Source: Planctomycetota bacterium
GTDB taxonomy: Bacteria > Planctomycetota > UBA1135
Assembly (NCBI GenBank): GCA_045047305.1
Contig: JASFYO010000023.1
Coordinates: 1 to 33,687, forward strand
Direction: 5' to 3'
Length of the DNA: 33,687 bases
Shown here: positions 20,142 through 28,152 of the stretch, in pieces
How the letters are laid out: every line of letters starts with the position of its first letter
Position numbering within the stretch: the stretch's first letter is position 1
Position numbers and translations under genes: made by a program
Notes under the pieces: model-generated
The model's database searches: none
What the model was told of the DNA's origin: nothing
The model's input: the letters and a program-made list of their open reading frames with translations, nothing else

Positions 20142-20258
20142 CTAAGACTCAAGAACATGCGTAGGGAATCCATCCAGACTTACCTGGTTCCGTTCCTTCC
20201 AGTAGGTCTCGACGCCGTCCTTGCCCTTCACCGCGGCCCATTGATTCAACTGCCCACG
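20142..20258 (-). pseudogene. Probable 3' remnant of a pyridoxamine 5'-phosphate oxidase-like FMN-binding protein gene
   Basis: Manual translation RGQLNQWAAVKGKDGVETYWKERNQVSLDGFPTHVLES* resembles the C-terminus of that family; the 5' part is absent. Confidence 0.5.
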
Positions 20259-20287
20259 AAATGGGTCGCCATAAAAGATAGATGCAT

Positions 20288-20325
20288 AAAAAGTGAGGCC
20301 GCAACGATTTCTCGTTGCGGCCTCA
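20288..20325 (-). terminator. Rho-independent terminator of the putative selenoprotein gene
   Basis: Perfect 14-bp inverted repeat TGAGGCCGCAACGA-TTTC-TCGTTGCGGCCTCA (20294-20325), 17 nt after the stop, followed by a T-run on the - strand. Confidence 0.85.
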
Positions 20326-20342
20326 AAGGTAGGAAAGCCTGC

Positions 20343-21311
20343 TTAGGAATCGACTTTGACCTTCTCGCGCATCTCCTTCAGTTTCAAATCGCCTTGATCA
20401 AAAAAGTCCTTTGCGGCTTCTTCCTCAGCGAATGCAACTTTCAGAGCATTCAAGGCAAGCTCGAACAAATCGGCATCGCCTAATGCTTCGGCATGTTCCA
20501 TGATCAAGCTCCAGAAGGTACCAAGCTTTTCTTGACCTTCTGGGATCTTGCCCGCTTGGTACATAGCAAAGAACTTGGCACCGACCTTCGGCATCATTTC
20601 GTCCGCTTCTTCTTGCGAACGAACCGTGGACATCATCTCCATGATGCTGTCGAACTCGAGGCCAATCAATTGGACCTTCAGTTCTGCCTGCTGTACTGGA
20701 TCAAGATCTTTCAGCTTCGCGGCATCCGCTTTCGCTTCTTCATAGGTGTACTGTCCCATGCGAAGCTTCACGAAAAACAACTCCTTCTCCAATCCCTTCT
20801 CGCCTGCGGCAATCCGGTTTTCAAGATCGGTTACGGCCATCAGTTTATGCAGAGAAGCTTCGAAAGCTTCCACGCTCCGCCCAGATGGTTCACCGAGGAT
20901 CTTGCCCTCGGCGTTCATGAATTTCAAAGTTGGAAATCCACGGCCGCCCTTTTCGCGGAACAGAGCTTCGTGCGGATGATCTTCCATGTGCGTGGTTACG
21001 TGTAAGTACGGAACCACCTTTTCAGCAAAGGCTGGAAATTCTTCTGCGGAGAGCGGACCGCTCTCCAGGGAGTTACAAGGGCCTCATGGGGCGTAGGAAC
21101 GAGTGAAGTAGACGAAAATCAACTTCCCCTGGTCCTTTGCGATTTGACGCGCCTGATCGTAATCAAGGATCCAGTTGCCATAAGTCACGAAGGACTTGGC
21201 CAACTTGGCATCAAGCTTGGCTTGCAAGTCCGCCGTGTCTTGTGCAGCGGCAGGAGCAGCCAGCGCAAGACCGAGCAGTGCCGGTGCAAGCAATTTGGTG
21301 AATGTACGCAT
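20343..21311 (-). CDS. Exported thioredoxin-fold selenoprotein (UGPC motif; in-frame TGA at 21086-21084 read as Sec, codon 76), 322 aa, with a helical C-terminal domain
   Basis: Signal peptide (AAA|Q); W..DYDQA...AK..GKLIFVYFT Trx-like N-terminus; ...YAP-TGA-GPC; the frame continues without stops into the 20343-21017 ORF, which contains the GFPTLKF cis-Pro motif; SECIS-like hairpin 3' of the TGA. Confidence 0.85.
21048..21066 (-). promoter_or_regulatory. Putative bacterial SECIS element
   Basis: GGAGAGCG-GTC-CGCTCTCC: perfect 8-bp stem at +18 to +36 after the UGA, with an apical loop starting with G at +26. Confidence 0.75.
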
Positions 21312-21447
21312 GGTTTATGAAATGAAGCCGGAGAATTCCAGCAGAGTCTATTCTATACGGCTTACTAGGTGTCCTGCATGGCGTTTTCAGCAGGCATTTC
21401 CTCAGAATCGAGGTTATTTCACCGCATGGTGTTACGATAACCCTTCG

Positions 21448-22722
21448 ATGATGGCTTCCGAACCCGCCCAAATTGAGTTGTTGGCACCTGCTGGGTGCTA
21501 TCCGTCACTGCGTGCCGCCATTGCGAATGGTGCCGATGCCGTTTATTTTGGCCTTGCTCAACTGAATATGCGTGCACGGTCTAGGCGCAGCTTTGAGCGC
21601 GAGGATTTGGCTGAAATTTGCCGCATCTGCCGCGAAAGCGATGTCAAAAGTTACATGGCATTGAATACGGTGCTGTATGAGCACGACCTAAACCTGTGCC
21701 GCGAGCTTCTGCAAGAAGCCAAGCTTCAGCAAATCAGTGCGGTGATTTTGTCGGACATGGCCGCGGTGATTCTGGCCCAAGATTTGGGTTTAGAAGTCCA
21801 CCTTTCCACCCAACTCTCCATCTCGAACTCGGAGTCGGTGCGCTTTTATGCCCCCCACTGCGATCGCATCGTGCTAGCTCGGGAACTGAGTCTGCCGATG
21901 ATCAGCAGGGTGCATCAAAGTATCATCAGCGAAGACATCCGGGGACGCTCCGGGCGCCCGATGGAACTGGAAGCCTTCGCGCATGGAGCACTTTGCATTG
22001 CGGTTTCCGGCCGCTGCAGCATGTCTTTGTACTCCTCCAATGCATCCGCTAACCGCGGTGCTTGTGACCAAAACTGTCGCAAGGAGTACATCGTGAAGGA
22101 CGCAGAAACCGGACATGAGATGTTGGTAGACAACAACTACATCATGTCGCCAACCGACATCCTGACTCTAGGCTTCGTCGACAAAATGGTTGAGAGCGGC
22201 GTTCTAGTCTTCAAGATTGAAGGACGTGGACGCGCTCCGGAATACGTCGGTGCGGTCACTGCGGCTTATCGCAAGGCACTGGATGCGGTAAGAGATGGCT
22301 GCTTTAACCAAGAATTGGTAGACGAATTGATGCCGTCGGTAGAAAAGGTTTACAACCGCGGCTTCTCTTCAGGGTACTACCTTGGGCAGAAACAAGGCTG
22401 GGCCAAGGCTGGTGGAAGCAAGGCGTCGCGGGTGAAGCAAATGATTGGCACGGTGAGCAATGTGTTTCAAAAGGCAGGTGTTCTGCAGGTTGATGCCACC
22501 GCAGGAAAACTCAGCGCCGGCGATGAATACGTCATCATTGGGCACACCACTGGCGCAGTGCAAGGAACCGTTTTAGAACTCCGCGTGGAATCCGATGACG
22601 GCCCGCTCACGCCAGAATTTGTCGAGAAAGGCACGCAGTTCACCCTGCCCCACTCGGGAGATGCGCGCCGCGGAGATCAGCTCTACCGCTTGGCTCCCGT
22701 GCCAACTCCAGCGGAAGTTTAA
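21448..22722 (+). CDS. Peptidase U32 family Fe-S protein (TrhP/RlhA-like RNA hydroxylase)
   Basis: ELLAPAG, GADAVYFG, HLSTQ, RIVLAREL, E.F.HGALCIAVSGRC...NRGACDQNCR (Fe-S Cys), KIEGR; C-terminal beta-barrel. Start reassigned to ATG 21448/21451. Confidence 0.9.
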   Translation: MMASEPAQIELLAPAGCYPSLRAAIANGADAVYFGLAQLNMRARSRRSFEREDLAEICRICRESDVKSYMALNTVLYEHDLNLCRELLQEAKLQQISAVILSDMAAVILAQDLGLEVHLSTQLSISNSESVRFYAPHCDRIVLARELSLPMISRVHQSIISEDIRGRSGRPMELEAFAHGALCIAVSGRCSMSLYSSNASANRGACDQNCRKEYIVKDAETGHEMLVDNNYIMSPTDILTLGFVDKMVESGVLVFKIEGRGRAPEYVGAVTAAYRKALDAVRDGCFNQELVDELMPSVEKVYNRGFSSGYYLGQKQGWAKAGGSKASRVKQMIGTVSNVFQKAGVLQVDATAGKLSAGDEYVIIGHTTGAVQGTVLELRVESDDGPLTPEFVEKGTQFTLPHSGDARRGDQLYRLAPVPTPAEV

Positions 22723-22727
22723 TCTGC

Positions 22728-22973
22728 ATGGTCAAGGTTTCGCGAGCCCACGTTGTCATTCGGCATAAGGCGGCCGAATGCATTGGCTGCGCTGTTTGCG
22801 AAGAAGTCATCCCGCAATACTTTCAACTGGATGAAGACGGCATGGCGCAGTTGTTAGATGGCACCTCCGAGGGCGTGTTCTATCGCGCTGTAGGCTTGAG
22901 AATGGATGAAGATGCGATCCAGGAAGCCGTGGATGGTTGCCCGGTCGACATCATCCGCATGGACGCAAGTTAA
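22728..22973 (+). CDS. Single-cluster [4Fe-4S] ferredoxin
   Basis: CIGCAVC...CP motif; acidic; 5 nt downstream of the U32 gene. Confidence 0.88.
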   Translation: MVKVSRAHVVIRHKAAECIGCAVCEEVIPQYFQLDEDGMAQLLDGTSEGVFYRAVGLRMDEDAIQEAVDGCPVDIIRMDAS

Positions 22974-23062
22974 TCCCAGGAGGCACACTCTTCGGGAAGG
23001 GCATAGCTTAGTTTTCATGAAGGGGTAGATGGCTCGGCGAACACTATGAGGAGACGCTTCCC

Positions 23063-24757
23063 ATGCCTCCTTGCAAAATGATTCTCACCTGCTCCACTCT
23101 TCTGTTGGCTCTCTCCCTGCTCGCCCCTCAATCGGTTGGCGGGACACCCCTCCAGCAGATTCGTGGCAGAGTTGCATTTGATCGTTTCGGCCAATCCGTA
23201 GCGGTTGCTGGCGACCTCAACCATGATGGGCATAGCGATTTCCTGGTTGGCTCTCCCGATGCCGATCAAGGCGGATTCGCGTTTTCAGGTGCCGTGCAAG
23301 CTTATTCCGGGGCAGATGGCTCCATTCTCTTCCACTGGGAAGGGAGTGCCGAACTGGATCAGTTTGGAAGGTCGGTCGCCAATGCCGGAGACACCAATAA
23401 CGATGGCACCAATGACATCCTCATTGGTGCTCCTCTCGCTACCGTCAATGGCATCGTTCAAACAGGCCGTGTCACTTTGTACTCCGGTGCAGATGGCTCC
23501 CTCCTGCAACAATGGAATGGAGCGGTTTTCTTGGATCACTTTGGTGATCAAGTAGCCAATGCTGGCGATATTGATGGCGACGGCTTTCCCGATATTCTGA
23601 TTGCCGCTCCCTGGGCTTCCAAACCAGGCACCTTAGGCCACCATGGAGCCATTTATGTTTATTCTGGCGCAACTGGCGCCTTGCTATTTGAACGTTTTGG
23701 CCAGGACGAATTCCATCATGGGACCTATCACGTGTCAGGTTTAGGCGACACAAACCAAGATGGCTTTGATGACTTCCTGCTTGGAGCCTCGCTAATCGAT
23801 GACCGAGTCGCGGATCGTGTTGGCTTCATCACCGTATTCTCGGGGCTAGACGGAACCGAACTTTTCCGCAGACAACTCGACGTCGGTCCCCACTACTTAG
23901 TTCCGGTAGCGTCTACGGGAGACATCAATGGTGATTCCATTCCCGACTTTATGTTTGGGCACGACGGGGGGATTCCCCAAGGCATGGTCAGCATGATTTC
24001 TGGAATCGACGGAAGTCTCATTCGTAATCTCTTACCGCCACCAAACGGTGGCTTCTATTTTGGGCAATCTCTCGCCAATACAGGGGATGTCGATGGAGAT
24101 GGCGTAAACGATTGCATCCTAGGATTCAGCCAGGCTAATTGGGGACGCCAAGAGGAACCTGGCTCTGCCATGATCTATTCCGGTAGCAATGGCCGCCTGA
24201 TTCGCCGACTCGATAGTTTCCAGGGGCAATCCTTTTTTGGTCATGCCGTAGCTGGGAATGGAGACTTCAATGCAGATGGTTCTCCCGATGTTTTAATCGG
24301 CGCCTTAGGCTTTGATTCTGGGCCGGACGAAACGGTAGGTGCTGTTTTTGCCTACAGCTTAAAACCGACACTAAGCAAAAGCGTTCCCGGCATTTCCGCT
24401 GCGCGCGGAGGCCTGGTGGACTTAGCTTTGGATTTCCCGGCGGCGGAAGCGAACCACGATTACATCATCCTAATGTCCAAAAAAGGTCTTGGCCTTACCC
24501 ACAAAGGGGTGGATATCCCCTTGGCCACCGATACCTTTCTCCTAAATAGCGTCCAAGGGATTTATCCCTTTCCTGGAAGCCCCCAACTTCATGGGACCCT
24601 CGATGCCAACGCACAAGCGAGCGTCCAGATTGATTTTCCAGCGGGGCTAGCCCCATCGTGGGTTGGACGTCACCTTTGGTTGGCAGCGATTTCCATGCCA
24701 GCGGGTCGCCTTCCGACTTACAGCTCAGAAACCATTCCACTCCAAATCTTCCCGTAG
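23063..24757 (+). CDS. Secreted FG-GAP/integrin-alpha beta-propeller repeat protein
   Basis: Signal peptide; seven FG..VA..GD.N.DG..D.L.GA repeats with YSG.DG spacers; extra C-terminal domain; AGGAG RBS upstream. Confidence 0.88.
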   Translation: MPPCKMILTCSTLLLALSLLAPQSVGGTPLQQIRGRVAFDRFGQSVAVAGDLNHDGHSDFLVGSPDADQGGFAFSGAVQAYSGADGSILFHWEGSAELDQFGRSVANAGDTNNDGTNDILIGAPLATVNGIVQTGRVTLYSGADGSLLQQWNGAVFLDHFGDQVANAGDIDGDGFPDILIAAPWASKPGTLGHHGAIYVYSGATGALLFERFGQDEFHHGTYHVSGLGDTNQDGFDDFLLGASLIDDRVADRVGFITVFSGLDGTELFRRQLDVGPHYLVPVASTGDINGDSIPDFMFGHDGGIPQGMVSMISGIDGSLIRNLLPPPNGGFYFGQSLANTGDVDGDGVNDCILGFSQANWGRQEEPGSAMIYSGSNGRLIRRLDSFQGQSFFGHAVAGNGDFNADGSPDVLIGALGFDSGPDETVGAVFAYSLKPTLSKSVPGISAARGGLVDLALDFPAAEANHDYIILMSKKGLGLTHKGVDIPLATDTFLLNSVQGIYPFPGSPQLHGTLDANAQASVQIDFPAGLAPSWVGRHLWLAAISMPAGRLPTYSSETIPLQIFP

Positions 24758-24780
24758 CGCCTGAAGCCTTCCGGTCTGGC

Positions 24781-24820
24781 AAAAGAAAACAGGAGGCCTC
24801 ACTTAGTGAAGCCTCCTGTT
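24781..24820 (-). terminator. Intrinsic terminator downstream of tRNA-Met (between convergent genes)
   Basis: AACAGGAGGC (24788-24797) / GCCTCCTGTT (24811-24820) with an inner TCAC/GTGA pairing; TTCTTTT follows on the - strand. Confidence 0.8.
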
Positions 24821-24825
24821 CCGAA

Positions 24826-24902
24826 TGGTAGGGGAAAAGGGACTCGAACCCCCGACCCGCGGATTATGATTCCGCTGCTCTAACCAACTGAGCTATTCCC
24901 CC
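24826..24902 (-). tRNA. tRNA-Met(CAT), probably elongator, CCA encoded
   Basis: GGGGGAA/TTCCCCT acceptor stem, TAGCTCAGTTGGTTAGAGC D-arm, GCGGA-ATCATAA-TCCGC anticodon arm, GGTTCGAGTCC T-arm, ACCA end. It lacks the initiator C1:A72 mismatch and the three consecutive G-C pairs. Confidence 0.93.
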
Positions 24903-24934
24903 GTGCACCCAAGGCGGGTGCTTTTCGGCCGGAC

Positions 24935-24940
24935 ATTCTA
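24935..24940 (-). promoter_or_regulatory. Putative -10 element for tRNA-Met
   Basis: TAGAAT overlapping the gltX stop codon, followed by GC-rich GTCCGGCC (discriminator-like), 32 nt before the tRNA. Confidence 0.45.
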
Positions 24941-26416
24941 GCCCTCTTGCAAAGAATCCTCAAGCGCTGTCGGACATTCTTGAAGACGCTTAAGGCTGCG
25001 CTGCTTACCGAGAATGCGGACGACATCGGCTAATTCGGGACCACCAAGGGTCCCGGTGAGGGCGGCACGTACCGGTTTCATCACCTTGCCCATGCCGAGA
25101 TCAAGCTCCCCCGCTACGGCTTTGACGGTAGCGCTGAAATCTTCCATCGGCCAAATGCTGGCCTCGACCGCCTTAGCCACGGCCTCGAGGACACCAGCCA
25201 CTCCATCGGCGCGGAGAGCCTTCTGCGCCTTGCTGTCGTACTCCGGCATCTCTCCGAACATACCCGCAGCCTGCGCCGGCAACTCCGAGTAAAGCGTGAT
25301 GCGCTCTTGGAAAACGGCAACCAGGGATTCCAGGTCTGCGTCGGCAGAGGCATCGGGCGGGACTAGGCCGGCTTCGATGAGATAGGGAAGAACCGCAGCG
25401 GTGAAAGCTGGTGATTCCATACGTCGGATCCAATCACCACACAGCCAGTGCAATTTATCGGTATCGAAAATCGCGCCCCCTTTGGAGATGCGTTTCAGGT
25501 CAAAGGCGGCAAGCAATTGCTCACGGGTGAAGACATCGGTCTTGTCATCGATGGAGAAACCAAGCAAGCACAGAAAGTTAAACAGGGCGTCGGCAGGATA
25601 GCCCTTAGCGATGTAGTCCCCCAGCGCAGTATCTCCGGTCCGTTTGGAAAGCTTCTTGCCATCTTGCCCGAGGATGAGTGGAACGTGAGCGTATTCCGGT
25701 TCTGCCAAGCCAAGTGCCCGATACACCAAAATCTGCTTGGGTGTATTCACCAGGTGTTCCTCACCACGAATCACGTGACTGATTTCCATGGCGGAATCAT
25801 CTAAGGCACATACGAAGTTGTAGGTGGGCATGCCGTTCGGGCGCACTGCAACCCAATCTTCGACTTCTGAGGAAGTGAACTTCACTTCGCCGCGAATATG
25901 GTCCTTGACCAAAATATCTTCCCCTTCGGGCACGCGGAAACGCAAAACGTTGCGCTCGCCTGCGGCATGACGAGATTCGGCTTCTTTTTTGCTCAAATCA
26001 CGGAAACGAGCATCAAAGCGCCAATTTGTTTTCGCGGCACGTGCTTCCTCGCGCTGCGATTCCAACTCTTCTGCTGTCGCAAAACAGCGATAAAGCCAGC
26101 CTTCTTCTAATCCACGTGCGATAGCCGCAGCGTAACTTGCAACCCGCTCACTCTGGAAATAAGGGCCGAAGTCGCCGCCCGCCTCAGGACCTTCATCCCA
26201 ATCCAGACCCAACCAACGCATGGAATCTAAAATCGACTGCAACGATTCCACCGAGTTTCGTTCGGTATCCGTGTCCTCAATGCGCAGCAAAAAGGTACCA
26301 CCACGACTACGCGCAAATGCCCAATTGAACAGGGCTGTGCGTGCGCCACCGATATGCAACATACCGGTAGGCGATGGAGCGAAACGAACTCGTACAGGGC
26401 GGCTTTCAGTCATCAC
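24938..26416 (-). CDS. gltX: Glutamate--tRNA ligase
   Basis: RFAPSPTG.LHIGGAR (HIGH), LRIEDTD, SHVIRGEEH, KLSKR (KMSKS) and a C-terminal anticodon-binding domain. Confidence 0.96.
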   Translation of the reverse strand: MMTESRPVRVRFAPSPTGMLHIGGARTALFNWAFARSRGGTFLLRIEDTDTERNSVESLQSILDSMRWLGLDWDEGPEAGGDFGPYFQSERVASYAAAIARGLEEGWLYRCFATAEELESQREEARAAKTNWRFDARFRDLSKKEAESRHAAGERNVLRFRVPEGEDILVKDHIRGEVKFTSSEVEDWVAVRPNGMPTYNFVCALDDSAMEISHVIRGEEHLVNTPKQILVYRALGLAEPEYAHVPLILGQDGKKLSKRTGDTALGDYIAKGYPADALFNFLCLLGFSIDDKTDVFTREQLLAAFDLKRISKGGAIFDTDKLHWLCGDWIRRMESPAFTAAVLPYLIEAGLVPPDASADADLESLVAVFQERITLYSELPAQAAGMFGEMPEYDSKAQKALRADGVAGVLEAVAKAVEASIWPMEDFSATVKAVAGELDLGMGKVMKPVRAALTGTLGGPELADVVRILGKQRSLKRLQECPTALEDSLQEG

Positions 26417-26462
26417 TTAGCGCTTTAGTTTAGCTGGGCCGAAGCTGGGCAAAAACCGAAGT

Positions 26463-28127
26463 TTAGCGTTGGTTCAACACAGGGTTCAATTCCTCATCGA
26501 AGGAAAGGGTGTACCCCCAACGGACACTATGGGTGGAGCCCGGCGCCATTAACAGGCGCCAGCGGTAGATACCTTTCTCTTCACGCGCAATGAGGTCAGC
26601 GGCACCTTCCAGCGGATTAGGCTGAAAGTCGTCCATCTCGACTTCAATACGGTCATTCACCTGAATCGGCATGGCTTCTTCTACGAGAACCGTAACCTTG
26701 CTTCGGGCGCTGGCACTTAGGCGCAGAGTGGCGCGATATTTGCGCTTGATATTCGACGTTGACGACAAGGAAAAACGCCCCGGATTACTACGCTTATCCT
26801 CTACCATCTCCCACAACACCGTGAGATTCGGATCGATGCCCAGGTTTAACATGGTGCTATCGCCCTGACGCATGGTTGGGAAACTTGCCTCACCCAAATA
26901 ATCAGGGCCAAGAAATACCTTTGCACGCCCCGGCAACAGAGGTGCTTCTCCAGTGTGGGTCACTTTTGCGCGCAAGTAGGCCTTGTCGGACAAGGACGGG
27001 ACTACATAGCGCTCAGGTCGGACTTCTAAAGGCAACTCTCGTATCCGGAATCGATGGGCTTCACCATTACTGCGCACAGTAGAACTCCCAGGCAAGACAA
27101 ACTGCGTGGTAATACCAAAATCACGCACCTCCGCCACTGGTGCCGGTGTAAAATTCGATTTATCCTGCACGCGCTTATTCAGCGACTGTGGTGCTTCCGC
27201 GTCAGCATCAGCATAACCCAGTTCCATCAACACACCGCGCTCACGTCGAGGGCCATAGGTACGCAATGGAATCTCGGGTGGATCCAACCCAAGATTAGGC
27301 ATGCTAGTGCTCAAGATTAACTTCACGCTATCCCAATCTTCTCCGGTACGCTGGGTAATCTGTCCGACAAAGCCGACATTCACTCCAGTTAAATCCGGAG
27401 CTACGCGTACGTCGTATGCCGGTTCCCACCACGCGCCGTCGGCCAGATAACTCAAACGCAAACGCACCGTCCCGAGGCGTTCGACAAAAATCGAAATGCG
27501 TGCTTCGCGGTAAGTGCGTGAACCAGACTGCTTCAAGTGACCTAACTGATTCTCCAAATCGGTGATTTTCACCTCTAGGTCAACGACTTCACGTTCTTTT
27601 CCCGCGGTCTGACGATCCAAGGAAGACATTTGTGCCTGAAGGTAATCCAAGCGTTCTTGCAAATCAGCTGGTAACAATCCGCCAACCAACGGATCCGTTT
27701 TCTGCGCTTCAATCAACGCCAACAAAGTAGCGCGCGCAGAGCCAATTCCCTTCATGTCGCTCTCAGCCATGCGCACTTGCCAGCGCAGATCCTCAATATC
27801 CTTACGCATGGCATTGGCATCACTACCTTCAGCAGGAGACCCGGTGCGGCGGCGCAACTCTAATCCCTGCACCACCACTTCTCCGCTGATGACCTCGGTT
27901 TGGAAAGAAGTCTCTTGCGCAGATAGCGGCAATGGCCCAACCGCAATCATCATGGGGCCGGTTTCTGTAACCGGAACCTCCACGATGCGCTCGACCAAAG
28001 CGGTACCGGGATATACCGTCACTCGATCTAAGGTGGAGTTGACTGCAATCGTGTCGCCCTGAGGGGCTGCCATCAGGGCGCCAGTCATGAGGAAAGGAAT
28101 GCAAAGTGGGAGAAGGCGTAAGTCCAT
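26463..28127 (-). CDS. Mucoidy inhibitor MuiA family protein (DUF4140 + DUF4139)
   Basis: Signal peptide; VTVYPGTALVER, coiled coil, LSY...A.WEPAYDVR, QRTGEDW..V.L.LST, LLPG.A.VFL, LGIDP motifs. Confidence 0.85.
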   Translation of the reverse strand: MDLRLLPLCIPFLMTGALMAAPQGDTIAVNSTLDRVTVYPGTALVERIVEVPVTETGPMMIAVGPLPLSAQETSFQTEVISGEVVVQGLELRRRTGSPAEGSDANAMRKDIEDLRWQVRMAESDMKGIGSARATLLALIEAQKTDPLVGGLLPADLQERLDYLQAQMSSLDRQTAGKEREVVDLEVKITDLENQLGHLKQSGSRTYREARISIFVERLGTVRLRLSYLADGAWWEPAYDVRVAPDLTGVNVGFVGQITQRTGEDWDSVKLILSTSMPNLGLDPPEIPLRTYGPRRERGVLMELGYADADAEAPQSLNKRVQDKSNFTPAPVAEVRDFGITTQFVLPGSSTVRSNGEAHRFRIRELPLEVRPERYVVPSLSDKAYLRAKVTHTGEAPLLPGRAKVFLGPDYLGEASFPTMRQGDSTMLNLGIDPNLTVLWEMVEDKRSNPGRFSLSSTSNIKRKYRATLRLSASARSKVTVLVEEAMPIQVNDRIEVEMDDFQPNPLEGAADLIAREEKGIYRWRLLMAPGSTHSVRWGYTLSFDEELNPVLNQR

Positions 28128-28135
28128 GACTAGGG

Positions 28136-28142
28136 TATTCTA
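28136..28142. promoter_or_regulatory. Overlapping divergent -10 elements between the muiA-like gene and trmFO
   Basis: TATTCT on + (28136-28141) and TAGAAT on - (28142-28137) within a 25-bp intergenic gap. Confidence 0.5.
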
Positions 28143-28152
28143 TGCGGTTCTA

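Noticed and set aside
20157..21005. + strand ORFs 20157-20483 and 20493-21005
   Set aside because: Antisense shadows of the selenoprotein gene and its terminator, with no recognisable motifs
21084..21086. Genome-wide reassignment of TGA to Trp or Gly as the explanation for the in-frame TGA
   Set aside because: Other genes here end in TGA with ATGA/GTGA coupling (6047-6049, 15699-15701, 31872-31874, 33284-33286), and no other long gene has an internal TGA
21196..21447. 84-aa N-terminal extension of the U32 ORF in the ORF track
   Set aside because: It overlaps the divergent selenoprotein gene; family similarity begins at ELLAPAG, and a -10 box sits just before ATG 21448
24826..24902. tRNA as an integration site for a genomic island
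   Set aside because: No integrase and no duplicated tRNA 3' end seen in the window; a terminator follows directly
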